Translations under genes and position numbers: made by a program
In this document: one piece after another, positions 9,358 through 19,769 of the stretch
Layout of the letters: each line of letters opens with the position of its first letter
How positions within the stretch are numbered: position 1 is the stretch's first letter
The notes under the pieces: generated by a model
Databases searched by the model: none
Seen by the model: only the letters and a program-made list of their open reading frames with translations
Told to the model about the DNA's origin: nothing
From: an uncultured Solirubrobacteraceae bacterium
Lineage (GTDB): Bacteria > Actinomycetota > Thermoleophilia > Solirubrobacterales > Solirubrobacteraceae
Direction: 5' to 3'
NCBI GenBank assembly: GCA_963782925.1
Contig: CAWALH010000002.1
Location: 14,106 to 78,105, forward strand
DNA length: 64,000 nt

Positions 9358-12300
9358 GCGGTCGCCGCCTCCGGCATCGGCAGTGCCGCGAGCACGTTGT
9401 CGAGCTCGGCACGCAGCGTCGGCGTGTGCTGCACGCGGAAGGCCTCGCCGAGGCGCAGCCGGCGCATGCCGGCGCTCGTGTCGATCTCGAGCAGCACCTC
9501 GGCCGGGCCCGGGAAGCTCTCGATCGCATGCTTGAGGTCCTCGATCAGCCCCGCGCACAGCGCGCTCGCGTGGACGTTCAGCCGCAACGGCTGCGCGAGC
9601 GCCGTCGCCGCCTCGCTGCTCGCGCGCGCCGCGTCGATCTCATCCTCGTTCGGCGCGAACGGCTCGACGCTCTGCACGATCAGGCACGTCTTGCCCGCTT
9701 CCTTGTGATCGACGCGGCCCTTCACGAGTACGACCTCGTCGACCGCGAGCGCCGACTCGCACTCGGCCAGCGCCTTGCCGAACACGAGCATCTCGACGCT
9801 GCCAGCGAGGTCGTCGAGCGTCGCGAACATCATGTGGTCGCCGTTGCGCGTGCGGATCTTCTTCGCCTCGACGATGATCCCGCCGACCGTCACCCAGTCC
9901 TTGTCGCGGCGGTCGGCGAGCGCCGCGAGCGGGCAGTCGACGCGCGCGCGCAGCGCCTCGCGCAGCGGCTTCAGCGGATGCGCCGAGATGAACAGCCCGA
10001 TCGCCTCCTTCTCGACGGCGAGCAGCTCGGCCTGGTCATACTCCTCGCCGGAGATCGGCGGGTGCACCGGCCTGATCAGCCCCGCGCCCGGCGCCGCCGA
10101 GTCGGCCGACGGCGCCGCGTCCTCGAGGTCGAAGATCGAGCCCTGGCCGATCTGCGCGTCCTGCTGGATCTGCTGGCCGGCCGCCTGCGCCTGCTCGAGT
10201 ACCGCCATCATCCCCTTGCGGCTCGCGCCGGTCGAGCCGAGCGCGCCGCACTTGATCAGCGCCTCGATCGCCTTCTTGTTGACCGCACGGTTGTCGACGC
10301 GCTCGCAGAAGTCCCACAGCGACGTGAACTCGCCGCCCTCCTCGCGCGCGCGCTTGATCGCCTCGACCGCCTGGTAGCCGACGCCCTTGACCGCGTCGAG
10401 GCCGAAGCGGATGTTGCCGACGCCGCCCTGCCCGTCGCCCGAGTCGACCGTGAACTCGTGGTCTGAGAGGTTGACGTCGGGCGGCAGGATCTCGATCCCC
10501 ATCTCCTCGCAGCGCGCGACGAAGAACGGCACCTTGTCCTTCGTCGACATCACCGACGAGATCAGCGCGGCCATGTACTCGGCCGGGTAGTTCGCCTTCA
10601 GCCACGCCGTGCGGTAGGAGATCAGCGCGTAGCACGCCGCGTGACTCTTGTTGAACGAGTAGTCGGCCGACTTTTCGTTCGTCTGCCAGAGGAACTCGAT
10701 CGTCTCCGTGCTCGTGCCCGAGGCACGGCAGCCGTCGACGAACTCCGGCTTCAGCGCGGCCATCGCGGCGCGGTTCTTCTTGCCGATCGCCTTGCGCAGA
10801 TCGTCCGCCTTGGCGCCCGAGAAGCCGGCGAGCTCCTTGGAGACCTGCATCGCCTGCTCCTGGTAGATGATCACGCCGTTGGAGGACTCGAGGATCGGGC
10901 GCAGGCGCTCGTCGGCATAGGAGATCGACTGCGGGTTGCGCTTGCCCCTGGCGTATGCCGGGATCTGGTCCATCGCCCCCGGCCGGTACAGCGCGCCGAG
11001 CGCGACGAGGTCGTTGAACTCGTCCGGGCAGACCTTCTTCAGCGCCTCGCGCATGCCCTCGGACTCGAACTGAAACACGCCGATCGAGTCGCCCCGCGCG
11101 AGCATCTCGTACGTGCGCGCGTCGCCGAGCGGCAGCGTCGTCATGTCCGGGCGCTCGCCGCTCGAGCGCTCGATGATGTCGAGCGCGTCCTCGATCACGT
11201 CGAGGTTGCGCAGCCCGAGGAAGTCCATCTTGAGCAGGCCGATCGTCTCGATCGGCTTCATCGAGAACTGCGTCACCGTGCGAAAGACCTTGTCGCCGTT
11301 CTCGTCGAGGCCCGCGTCGGCGAGCTGCAGCGGCACGATGTCGGTCAGCGGCCGGTCGGCGATCACGACCGCCGCAGCGTGGATCGACGAGTTGCGCACG
11401 ATCCCCTCGAGGCCCTGCGCGACGTCGACGATCTGCTTCGCCTGCGGGTCCTCGTCGACCGCCTTGCGCAGCGCTTCGCCGGGCTTCAGGCATTCCTCGA
11501 ACGACGGCGCGCGACCCATGATCGGGTCGGGGATCAGCTTCGCCAGGCGATCGCCGATGCCGTAGTCGAAGCCCAGCACGCGCGCGGCGTCGCGCGTGGC
11601 CGCGCGCGGGAACATCTTGCCGAACGTGACGATCTGCGCGACCGACTCGCGGCCGTACTTCTCGGTCACGTAGCGCATCACGCGCTCGCGCCCGCGCACC
11701 GAGAAGTCGATGTCGATGTCCGGCATCGACACGCGCTCGGGGTTCAGGAAGCGCTCGAACAGCAGGTCGTACTCGAGCGGGTCGACGTCGGTGATCGCCA
11801 GGCAGTACGCGACGATCGAGCCCGCCGCCGAGCCGCGTCCCGGGCCGACCGCGATGCCGTTCTCCTTCGCGTACTTGACGAAGTCCCAGACGATCAGGAA
11901 GTACGCGTTGAAGCCCATTCGATCGATCACGTCGAGCTCCATCTCCATCCGCTCGACGGCCTCCGCCGGCACCGGGTCGCCGTAGCGCAGGATCAGGCCG
12001 TCTTCGACGCGGGCGCGCAGGTAGGAGCGCTCGTCGGAGCCGTCCGGCGTCTGGAAGCTCGGGATCAGCTGCTTGCCGAGCTCGAGCTCGACGTTGCAGC
12101 GCTCGGCGATCTCCAGCGTGTTCGCGACCGCCTCCGGCCACTCGGCGAACGCGGCGATCATTTCGCCGCTGTCGCGCAGGTAGAACTCGTTCGTGTCGAA
12201 CGTCAGCTTCGGCTGCGCGATCGTGCTCTTCGTCTGCACGCACAGCAACGCCGTGTGGTGGTCGTAGTCCTCGCGGCGCAGGTAGTGCACGTCGCCGGTG

Positions 12301-12911
12301 CCGACGAGGCCGGCGCCGAGCTCGCGCGCGATCCGGACGATCCCCTCGTTGCACTTGTCCTGCTCGGCGAGCCCGTTCTTCTGCACCTCAAAGTAGACGT
12401 TCTCGGCGCCGAACACGTTGCGCAGCTCGTCGACGTGCGCGCGCGCCTCGCCGTCGCGGTCCTCGAGCAGCCGCTGGCAGAAGCGCGACGCCAGGCACCC
12501 GGTGAGCGCGATCACGCCCTCCGAGTAGCGCTCGATCAGGCCCATGTCGACCGACGGCTTGCCGCGCTGCAGGCCGTCGAGGAAGCCCGCCGAGGAGAGC
12601 TTGACGAGATTGCGGTAGCCGACGTCGTTCGACGCGAGCAGCGTCAAGTGGTTGCGCTCGGTGCGGCCCGGACCGCGCGCCGCGTGGTCGTCGACGAGGT
12701 AGATCTCACAGCCGAGGATCGGCTTGACGTCGTGCTTCCTGCACGCCTGATAGAGCTCGACGGCGCCGTTCATCACGCCGTGGTCGGTCAGCCCGAGCGC
12801 CGGCTGGCCGAACTCCGCAGCGCGCTTCGCGAGCGCCTCGATCTTGCATGCGCCGTCGAGCAGCGAGTACTCGGAGTGGACGTGGAGGTGGGCGCAGGCT
12901 TGGTCGCTCAA
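9354..12911 (-). CDS. dnaE: DNA polymerase III alpha subunit
   Basis: PHP domain HLHVHSEYSLLDG, GRGSAAGS, MPDIDIDF, FNKSH, C-terminal OB fold; no intein. Confidence 0.97.
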   Translation of the reverse strand: MSDQACAHLHVHSEYSLLDGACKIEALAKRAAEFGQPALGLTDHGVMNGAVELYQACRKHDVKPILGCEIYLVDDHAARGPGRTERNHLTLLASNDVGYRNLVKLSSAGFLDGLQRGKPSVDMGLIERYSEGVIALTGCLASRFCQRLLEDRDGEARAHVDELRNVFGAENVYFEVQKNGLAEQDKCNEGIVRIARELGAGLVGTGDVHYLRREDYDHHTALLCVQTKSTIAQPKLTFDTNEFYLRDSGEMIAAFAEWPEAVANTLEIAERCNVELELGKQLIPSFQTPDGSDERSYLRARVEDGLILRYGDPVPAEAVERMEMELDVIDRMGFNAYFLIVWDFVKYAKENGIAVGPGRGSAAGSIVAYCLAITDVDPLEYDLLFERFLNPERVSMPDIDIDFSVRGRERVMRYVTEKYGRESVAQIVTFGKMFPRAATRDAARVLGFDYGIGDRLAKLIPDPIMGRAPSFEECLKPGEALRKAVDEDPQAKQIVDVAQGLEGIVRNSSIHAAAVVIADRPLTDIVPLQLADAGLDENGDKVFRTVTQFSMKPIETIGLLKMDFLGLRNLDVIEDALDIIERSSGERPDMTTLPLGDARTYEMLARGDSIGVFQFESEGMREALKKVCPDEFNDLVALGALYRPGAMDQIPAYARGKRNPQSISYADERLRPILESSNGVIIYQEQAMQVSKELAGFSGAKADDLRKAIGKKNRAAMAALKPEFVDGCRASGTSTETIEFLWQTNEKSADYSFNKSHAACYALISYRTAWLKANYPAEYMAALISSVMSTKDKVPFFVARCEEMGIEILPPDVNLSDHEFTVDSGDGQGGVGNIRFGLDAVKGVGYQAVEAIKRAREEGGEFTSLWDFCERVDNRAVNKKAIEALIKCGALGSTGASRKGMMAVLEQAQAAGQQIQQDAQIGQGSIFDLEDAAPSADSAAPGAGLIRPVHPPISGEEYDQAELLAVEKEAIGLFISAHPLKPLREALRARVDCPLAALADRRDKDWVTVGGIIVEAKKIRTRNGDHMMFATLDDLAGSVEMLVFGKALAECESALAVDEVVLVKGRVDHKEAGKTCLIVQSVEPFAPNEDEIDAARASSEAATALAQPLRLNVHASALCAGLIEDLKHAIESFPGPAEVLLEIDTSAGMRRLRLGEAFRVQHTPTLRAELDNVLAALPMPEAATA

Positions 12912-12963
12912 CGTCCCTCGATGTTATGTGTCGCGGCGGCGGAGACGAGCGGGCCGGGCGGGC

Positions 12964-14082
12964 TCAGATCCGCTGTTTGCGTCGTTCGCGACGCAGCCGC
13001 ACGCGCAGGCGCGCGCGTCCGATCATCGACATCGCGTGCTTGTGCGACGGGAGCAGCGCGCGCTGCGGCGCAGGCGTCGTCGCGGCCGGCGGCGCCTGCT
13101 CCTCGACGCGCGCGCGCAGCCGCTCGACGGCGGCCGCCAGCGCCTCCGCCATCTCGCCGCCCTGCGCCGCGACGAGCCGCTCGCGTTCGCGCGGTGGACG
13201 CAGGTCGGGCGGCGGCGCCGGCGCGCGCGGCGTCTCCGCTGCGGCCGGCGGTGGTGCGGCCGGCAGTGGCGCCGTCGGCGACGGCGCGGTCGGTGGGGCG
13301 GGCGTCTCGCGCATCGCCGCCTCGCGCAGGCCGGCGACCGTCTCGGCCAGGCCGCCGAGCAGCGCCTGCGCCGTGCGCTGCGCGCTGCGCAGCTGCTCGA
13401 GCGCCCGCTCGGCGCGCCCGCGCGCGGAGCGCTCCTGCGCGAGCACGTCTTCGAGGTCCTCGGCGCGGCGCTCGAGCTCGTCGAGCCGCGCGCGCAGCGC
13501 GCGCTCGGCGCGTGCCGCCGCGGCGCGCTCGGCCGCCGCCGACTGCTCGGCCTCGGCGAGCTCGCGCTCGGCTGTCTCCAGCCGCGCGGCGAGCGCCTCG
13601 ACGTCGCGCTCGCCGGCGCTCACGCGACGACTCAGCCGATCGAGCTCCGCGCGCGCCTCGCGCTCGCGCTCGGCCGCGCGCTCTTCGGCCTCGATCCGCA
13701 GCCGCTGCTCGGCGTACTCGCGCTGCGTCGCGCGCTGCAGCTCGCGCTCGAGCGCCGCCGACGCGGCCGGCGTGCCCAAGCTTGGGTCACGATCCCCGGA
13801 GCGTTCGGCCGCGCGTGCGGCCTGCGCCGCGTCGAGCAGCTCCGCGAGCCGACGCGCCTCCTCCTCGGCGTCGCGCAACCGCTGCTGCAGGCTCGCGACG
13901 TGCGTCTCGAGCGTGCGCACCGTCGCCTCGGCGGCCTCCGCGCGCAGCGTCAATGCGTGCTCGCCCGATTCGGCCGCGCGGCGCGCGCGGCGTTCGGCCA
14001 GCAGGTCGCCCTCGCTGCGGCGTCCGCGGCCCTCGCCGCCGGCGGCGTCGCCGCCCGGCGTCTCGTTTCCCTCGGCGATCAC
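12964..14082 (-). CDS. Hypothetical coiled-coil protein (Ala/Glu/Arg-rich, Pro-rich linker)
   Basis: Long heptad-like composition; TAGGTT 8 nt before GTG 14082. Confidence 0.6.
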   Translation of the reverse strand: MIAEGNETPGGDAAGGEGRGRRSEGDLLAERRARRAAESGEHALTLRAEAAEATVRTLETHVASLQQRLRDAEEEARRLAELLDAAQAARAAERSGDRDPSLGTPAASAALERELQRATQREYAEQRLRIEAEERAAEREREARAELDRLSRRVSAGERDVEALAARLETAERELAEAEQSAAAERAAAARAERALRARLDELERRAEDLEDVLAQERSARGRAERALEQLRSAQRTAQALLGGLAETVAGLREAAMRETPAPPTAPSPTAPLPAAPPPAAAETPRAPAPPPDLRPPRERERLVAAQGGEMAEALAAAVERLRARVEEQAPPAATTPAPQRALLPSHKHAMSMIGRARLRVRLRRERRKQRI

Positions 14083-14121
14083 AGTCCGCAAACCTACGCC
14101 TGGAAGCGGACGTCGGGGCGC

Positions 14122-14283
14122 TCAGGCGGGGCGCTTGGCGATCGCGCCGGCGGCCGCGACCACGAGCAGCCCGCCGACGGCGACGAGCGCGACGGAGCGC
14201 CTGGACGGCAGGCGTTTGCGCGCGTACCACTTGGCGCCGCGCCAGACCACGAAGCCCAGCAGCTTGTAGCCGTTGCCGTTCAC
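14122..14283 (-). CDS. Small membrane protein
   Basis: NGNGYKLLGFVVWRGAKWYARKR plus a C-terminal hydrophobic helix; TACCAT 7 nt before GTG. Confidence 0.6.
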   Translation of the reverse strand: MNGNGYKLLGFVVWRGAKWYARKRLPSRRSVALVAVGGLLVVAAAGAIAKRPA

Positions 14284-14430
14284 ATGGCGCATGGTACCCA
14301 GCGAACCGTTAACGATTCGCTTTGCAGCCAGCCTCCCGATCCGCGCGAGAATTGCATCGCAAGCCGCGACTACAGTGCCTGTCGGGACTCTCGCTAGCAT
14401 CCGACGAGCGAGCAACCTGTGGGACCTCAG

Positions 14431-14643
14431 ATGATCGAGTACGCAGTCATATACGAGCGAGCAACGAACGGCGCCTGGGGCGCGTACATCCCGGACATCC
14501 CCGGGGTGGTTGCCCTCGGCCAGACGCGGGCGGACGTAGCGGAGCGCATCGAGGAGGCGCTCGCGGCGTACGTAGAGGACATGCGCGAGCGCGGGGAGGC
14601 GCTGCCCTCCCCGCACCATGCAGCCGGCACGGTCACGGCCTGA
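14431..14643 (+). CDS. HicB-family antitoxin-like protein (orphan)
   Basis: YAVIYE...WGAYIPDIPGVVALGQT...IEEALAAYVEDMRERGEALP is the HicB N-terminal pattern. Confidence 0.8.
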   Translation: MIEYAVIYERATNGAWGAYIPDIPGVVALGQTRADVAERIEEALAAYVEDMRERGEALPSPHHAAGTVTA

Positions 14644-14667
14644 GCAGCGCGCCAGCGCCCAGCAGAC

Positions 14668-15945
14668 CTACTCGTCGCCGTCATCCCCACCCTCGTTGCG
14701 CAGCCGCCAAGCCATCCGCGACTGCAGCGACCAAAGCTCGATGAACCCGGGCGAGGCGGTCTGCGAGAAGAGCCCGCCGGACTCCGAGAACGACGCGAGC
14801 GAGGCGTCGTAGACGGCGTTCGGCGAGGAGCGCGTGACGACGCGCGCGTGGCCCTTGTACAGCTTGACGCCGATCCTGCCGCTGACGCGCTCGTTGACGC
14901 GATCCATGTACGCGTCGAGGTCGCCGCGCAGCGGCTCCCACCAGAGGCCGGCGTACACGAGGTACGCCCACTGCTGGTCGAGCGCCGGCTTGAACTGGTT
15001 CTGGTGGATCGTGCCGACGAGGCGCTCGAGCTCGTGGTGGGCGGGCAGCAGGATCGCGGCGGCCGGCACCTCGTAGATGTCGCGCACCTTCAGCCCGACG
15101 ATGCGGTCCTCGATGTGGTCGACGATGCCGACGCCGTGGCGCGCGGCGACCTCGGCGACGGCTTCGAGCAGCGCGACGAGCTGGAGGCGCTCGCCGTTCA
15201 GCGCGACCGGCACGCCGCACTCGAACTCGATCTCGACCGTCTCGGCCTCGTCGGGCGCCAGCTCGGGGCGCGTGACGAGCTGGAACACGTCGTCCTCGGG
15301 CGCGTGCTCGAGGTCCTCGATCCAGCGCCCCTCCGAGGAGCGCCCCCAGAGGTTGTCGTCGATCGAGTACGGCGCCGCCTCGGTGCCGCCCTTGACCGGG
15401 ATGCCGTGCTCGCGCGCGTACGCGATCTCCTCCTCGCGGCCCATCTGCCAAGAGCGCACCGGAGCGATCACCTTCAGCTCGGGCGCGAGCGTCGCGATCG
15501 TTCCCTCGATCCGCACCTGGTCGTTGCCCTTGCCGGTGCAGCCGTGCGCGATCGTGTCGCAGCCGGAGGAGCGCGCGTAGTCGACGGCGAGCTTCGCGAT
15601 CAGCGGTCGGCCGAGCGCCGTGAACAGCGGGTAGCCGCCGCCGTACAGCGCGTTGGCCTTGATCGCCGGCGCGACGTACTCGCGCGCGAACTGCTCGCGC
15701 GCGTCGACGACGTGGCATTCGAGCGCGCCGAGGCGCAGCGCCTTGCCCTCGATCACCCCGTAGTCCTCGCCGGGCTGGCCGAGATTGACCGTCAGGCAGA
15801 CGACCTCGGCGTCGTACTCGTCCTGGATCCACTTGAGCATCACGCTCGTGTCGAGGCCGCCCGAGTAGAGCAACAGGACGCGCCGGACCGACGCGGGGTC
15901 GGCCTCGTAGGAGGCGGTCGGCGGGGTTGTCGTGCGGTCGCTCAT
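14668..15945 (-). CDS. argG: Argininosuccinate synthase
   Basis: YSGGLDTS, HGCTGKGNDQVR, SIDDNLWGRSSEG. Confidence 0.96.
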   Translation of the reverse strand: MSDRTTTPPTASYEADPASVRRVLLLYSGGLDTSVMLKWIQDEYDAEVVCLTVNLGQPGEDYGVIEGKALRLGALECHVVDAREQFAREYVAPAIKANALYGGGYPLFTALGRPLIAKLAVDYARSSGCDTIAHGCTGKGNDQVRIEGTIATLAPELKVIAPVRSWQMGREEEIAYAREHGIPVKGGTEAAPYSIDDNLWGRSSEGRWIEDLEHAPEDDVFQLVTRPELAPDEAETVEIEFECGVPVALNGERLQLVALLEAVAEVAARHGVGIVDHIEDRIVGLKVRDIYEVPAAAILLPAHHELERLVGTIHQNQFKPALDQQWAYLVYAGLWWEPLRGDLDAYMDRVNERVSGRIGVKLYKGHARVVTRSSPNAVYDASLASFSESGGLFSQTASPGFIELWSLQSRMAWRLRNEGGDDGDE

Positions 15946-15968
15946 CGGCGGAGGATCGGCCGGGAAGG

Positions 15969-16436
15969 CTAGCGACGCGGCGCCGCGGTCGAGGAGACGC
16001 GCTTGGCAGGCCGTTCCATCAGCGGGTACGGCGGCTTCTCGTCGCTGAAGCCGAGCTTCTCGTACAGCCGGTGCGCGTCGGCCGTGTGCAGCATCCAGCG
16101 GACCTCGCCGAACGAGCGCTCGACGATCTCGCGCACGAGCTCGAGGCCGAGCCCGCGGCCGCGATACGGAGCGAGCACGTACACGTCGGCGAGGTACGCG
16201 AGGCTGACGCCGTCGGAGATCGCGCGCGCGAAGCCGATCTGCGCGCCGGCGCCCGACTCGTCGACTCGATACAGGCCGACGACGCGCGTCGAGCCGGCGA
16301 TCGCGCGCTCGACCGTCTCGCGCGCGCGCCCGAGGCCCCAGTAGGACTCGGTGCTGATGAACGTGTGCACCGCGTCGACGTCGATCCGCGCGCGGTCGTC
16401 GTCGAGCTCGAAGCCGCCCGGCAGCTCGCGGCGCAC
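15969..16436 (-). CDS. GNAT family N-acetyltransferase
   Basis: QIGFARAISD, YLADVYV, YRGRGLG, LYEKLGF. Confidence 0.88.
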   Translation of the reverse strand: MRRELPGGFELDDDRARIDVDAVHTFISTESYWGLGRARETVERAIAGSTRVVGLYRVDESGAGAQIGFARAISDGVSLAYLADVYVLAPYRGRGLGLELVREIVERSFGEVRWMLHTADAHRLYEKLGFSDEKPPYPLMERPAKRVSSTAAPRR

Positions 16437-16440
16437 GGTC

Positions 16441-17601
16441 TCAGCTGCTCTCCAGCACCGCGGCGAGCCGCGCGAGCGCGTCATCGACGTCGGCCTCGCT
16501 GACGTTCAGCGGCGGCAGCAGCCGCAGCGTGCTCGGCCCGGTCGCGTTGGTGACCAGGCGATGGTCGAGCAGCGCGGCGAGCGTCACCTCGGGCGCGGGC
16601 ACGTCCAGTTCGCACGCGAGCATCAGCCCACGCCCGCGCACGGAGGTCACGTGCGGCAGGCGCTCGAGGCCGGCAGCGAGCTGCAGGCCGCGCTCGCCGA
16701 CGTTGGCGAGCAGCTGCTCGTCGTCGGTCAGCTCGAGCGCAGCGAGCGCGGCCGCCGAGACGACCGGACCGCCGGCGAACGTCGAGCCGTGGTCGCCGGG
16801 CGCGAGCACGTCGGCGAACCGCTGGCCGGTGACGAGCGCGCCGATCGGCAGGCCGCCGCCGAGCGCCTTCGCGCTCGTGATCGCGTCGGGCACGACGCCG
16901 GTCTGCTCGTACGCCCACAGCGTGCCCGTGCGGCCCATGCCGGCCTGCACTTCGTCGAACACGAGCGCCGCGCCGTGCTCGTCGCACGCGGTGCGCGCCG
17001 CGTGCAGGCACTCGGCGGAGAGCACGTTGACGCCGCTCTCGCCCTGGATCGGCTCGAGCATGAGCGCGGCCGTGCGCTCGTCGACGGCCGCCGCGATCGC
17101 CTCGGGCGTCGGGTCGACCGGACGGAAGCCCGGCACGAGCGGCGCAAACGGCGCCTGCTTGGACTCCTGCGGCGTCGCCGACAGCGAGCCGTACGTGCGG
17201 CCGTGGAACGCGCCGAGCACGACGACGACGTCGCCGCCCGGGCGCGCCTTGCGCACGAGCTTGATCGCCGCCTCGTTCGCCTCGGCGCCGGAGTTGCAGA
17301 AGAACACCTTGCCGCCGAGGCTCGACTGCGACAGGCGGAGCGCGAGTTGCATCCCAGGCTCGGTGTAGAACAGATTGCTGACATGCATCAGCCGCCCAAC
17401 CTGCTCACGCACCGCCGCCACCACCCGCGGGTGGCAGTGGCCGAGGCTCGTCACCGAGATGCCGCAGAGGAAGTCGAGGTACTCCTCGCCCTCGCTGTCC
17501 CACAATCGCGTCCCCTCGCCGCGGACGAACTCGACGGGGAAGCGCGCGTATGAAGCGATCACGCTCGCGCGCTCGAGCTCCTGCAGGTCGAGCAGGCTCA
17601 T
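16441..17601 (-). CDS. argD: Acetylornithine aminotransferase
   Basis: NSGAEANEAAIK, FHGRT, DEVQAGMGRTG, SAKALGGG; ATGA overlap with argB. Confidence 0.93.
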   Translation of the reverse strand: MSLLDLQELERASVIASYARFPVEFVRGEGTRLWDSEGEEYLDFLCGISVTSLGHCHPRVVAAVREQVGRLMHVSNLFYTEPGMQLALRLSQSSLGGKVFFCNSGAEANEAAIKLVRKARPGGDVVVVLGAFHGRTYGSLSATPQESKQAPFAPLVPGFRPVDPTPEAIAAAVDERTAALMLEPIQGESGVNVLSAECLHAARTACDEHGAALVFDEVQAGMGRTGTLWAYEQTGVVPDAITSAKALGGGLPIGALVTGQRFADVLAPGDHGSTFAGGPVVSAAALAALELTDDEQLLANVGERGLQLAAGLERLPHVTSVRGRGLMLACELDVPAPEVTLAALLDHRLVTNATGPSTLRLLPPLNVSEADVDDALARLAAVLESS

Positions 17602-18446
17602 GTCGTTGCCTCGATCATCGTTCCGATCCCTTCGTCGGTGAACAGCTCCAAGAGCAGCGAATGCGCGACGCGCCCGTCGAGGATGTGCGCGGCGCTGACG
17701 CCGGCGTCGATCGCCTCGACGCACGCGCCGAGCTTCGGCCGCATGCCGCCGGCGAGCGACGGCAGCGCCTCGCGCACGCGCTCGGTGCTCGCGCGCGCGA
17801 TCCGGCTGTCGCGATCGTCCGGGTCGGCAAGCCAGCCGGGCACGTCGGTCAGGAAGATCACCTTGTACGCGCCGAGCGCCGCGGCGACCGCGCCAGCGGC
17901 CTCGTCGGCGTTGACGTTGTACGACAGCCCCTCGCGATCGGCGCCGACCGACGCGATCACCGGGATGTAATCGCTCGCGACGTGCTCGATCACGCCGACG
18001 TTGACGCGCTCGATCCGCCCGACGAAGCCGATGTCCTCGCCGCCGGGCGCCGTCCGACGCGCGACGCGGAACAGCGAGCCGTCGTCGCCGCACAGCCCGA
18101 CGGCAGGTTGCCCGTGGCGGTTCAGGCGCAGCACGATCTCCTTGTTGATCTTCCCCATCAACACCATCTTCGCGACCTCGACCGTGTCCTCGTCGGAGAC
18201 GCGAAGGCCGCCGACGAACTCGATCGGGATGCCGAGTCGCTCCATGTAGGCGCTGATCTCCGGGCCGCCGCCGTGCACGACGATCGGGTTCAGGCCGACG
18301 TACTTGAGCAGCACGACGTCGCGCGCGAACTCCTCGCGCAGCGCCTTGTCCTCCATCGCGGCGCCGCCGTACTTGATCACGACCGTCTTGCCGTGGAACT
18401 CCCTGATGTAAGGCAGCGCCTCGAGCAGCGTCCCTACGTCACGCAT
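17598..18446 (-). CDS. argB: Acetylglutamate kinase
   Basis: VIKYGGAAM, VHGGGP, NVNAD, GGMRPK. Confidence 0.95.
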   Translation of the reverse strand: MRDVGTLLEALPYIREFHGKTVVIKYGGAAMEDKALREEFARDVVLLKYVGLNPIVVHGGGPEISAYMERLGIPIEFVGGLRVSDEDTVEVAKMVLMGKINKEIVLRLNRHGQPAVGLCGDDGSLFRVARRTAPGGEDIGFVGRIERVNVGVIEHVASDYIPVIASVGADREGLSYNVNADEAAGAVAAALGAYKVIFLTDVPGWLADPDDRDSRIARASTERVREALPSLAGGMRPKLGACVEAIDAGVSAAHILDGRVAHSLLLELFTDEGIGTMIEATT

Positions 18447-18461
18447 GGCATCTGCCGCCTC

Positions 18462-19769
18462 TCATGTCGTGTACTCGGCGTTGATTCGGATGTACTCGTG
18501 CCCGAGGTCGGAGAAGAACACCTCGGTCTCGGCCCCCTCCCCCGGCAGCCCGATCTCGTACTCGATCTCCATGCCCTTCACAGCCTGTGCGAGCGTCTGC
18601 TCGTCGTAGCCGATCGCGGCGCCGGCGATGCACACGGGGATACCCTCGATCGTCAGCTCGACCGGCAGCGGCGCCGTGCCGGGCAGCGCGCCGCCGACGG
18701 CCTGCACGATCCGTCCCCAGTTCGGGTCGGCGCCGTTCAGCGCCGTTTTCACGAGCGACGAGTTGGCGACCGCGCGCGCGGTCGCCTCGACGCTCGGCAG
18801 ATGCCCGCCGCGCACGATCACGCGGCAGATCCGCTCGGCGCCCTCGCCGTCGGCGACCATCATGATCGCGAGCTGGCGCAGCAGCGCATCGAGCGCCTCG
18901 CCGAGCAGCCGCTCGTCCTCGCTCTCGGGCGCGACGCGCACACCGCTCGCGCCCGAGCAGATCAGGATCGCGGTGTCGTTGGTCGAGAGCTGGCCGTCGA
19001 CCGAGACGCGGTCGAACGAGCGCTTGACGCACACGCCGAGCAGCAGGTCGGCCGTCTGCGGCTCGAGCGCCGCGTCCGTCTCGACGAAGCAGAGCATCGT
19101 GGCGAAGTTCGGCGAGATCATCCCGGCGCCCTTGCACTGAGCGCTGAGGCGAACCGTGCCCGAGGGCAGCTCGACCTGCAGGTTGGCGCGCTTCTCCGAG
19201 GCGTCGGTCGTCTGGATCGCCTGCTGGAAGCTCACATCGCCTCCTCGCTCGAGCGCCGGGCCGGCGGCGAGGATCCCGTGCAACATCTTCTCGACCGGCA
19301 GGTGATGGCTGATCCCACCGGTCGAGGCGAGCGCGATCTCGGCGGGCTCGCAGCCGAGCGCCATCGCGGTCGCGCCCTGCGTCTTGGCGGCGTCGTCGAG
19401 CCCACGCCCGCCGGTCGCCGCGTTGGCGCAGCCCGAGTTGGCGAGCACGGCGCGCAGCGAGTGCAGGCGGCAGCGCTCCTGACTGACCATCACCGGCGCC
19501 GCCGGGACGCCGGTCGCGGTGAAGCGCGCCGCGCTGACCGGCTGCTCGGCGTCGCACACGAGCAGGCCGAGGTCGTGGTTGCCGCTCGGCTTGATCCCGC
19601 AGACGACGCCGGCCGCGCGGAAGCCCCCCGGCAGTCCCGCATCCGGTCCAAGGTCGCGCACGTGGCCGGGCGCCCCCACCCAGCGCGAGTGGAAGAACGG
19701 CTGCGGCGGGCCCGTGGCAGCGCCGCCGAACACGTTCGCCCCAGAAGGCTTCGTGCCCTCGCGGCTCAT
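18462..19769 (-). CDS. argJ: Ornithine acetyltransferase
   Basis: NSGCANAATG, KGAGMISPNFATML, STNDT, DGEGA, DPNWGR, NAEYTT. Confidence 0.95.
   Translation of the reverse strand: MSREGTKPSGANVFGGAATGPPQPFFHSRWVGAPGHVRDLGPDAGLPGGFRAAGVVCGIKPSGNHDLGLLVCDAEQPVSAARFTATGVPAAPVMVSQERCRLHSLRAVLANSGCANAATGGRGLDDAAKTQGATAMALGCEPAEIALASTGGISHHLPVEKMLHGILAAGPALERGGDVSFQQAIQTTDASEKRANLQVELPSGTVRLSAQCKGAGMISPNFATMLCFVETDAALEPQTADLLLGVCVKRSFDRVSVDGQLSTNDTAILICSGASGVRVAPESEDERLLGEALDALLRQLAIMMVADGEGAERICRVIVRGGHLPSVEATARAVANSSLVKTALNGADPNWGRIVQAVGGALPGTAPLPVELTIEGIPVCIAGAAIGYDEQTLAQAVKGMEIEYEIGLPGEGAETEVFFSDLGHEYIRINAEYTT

Noticed and set aside
1914-14312. Very long alternative-frame ORFs (1914..5213, 10641..14312; also 45149..47263 and 58726..60768)
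   Set aside because: Antisense or shadow ORFs of high-GC genes, with Arg/Ala/Pro-biased translations and no recognisable motifs.
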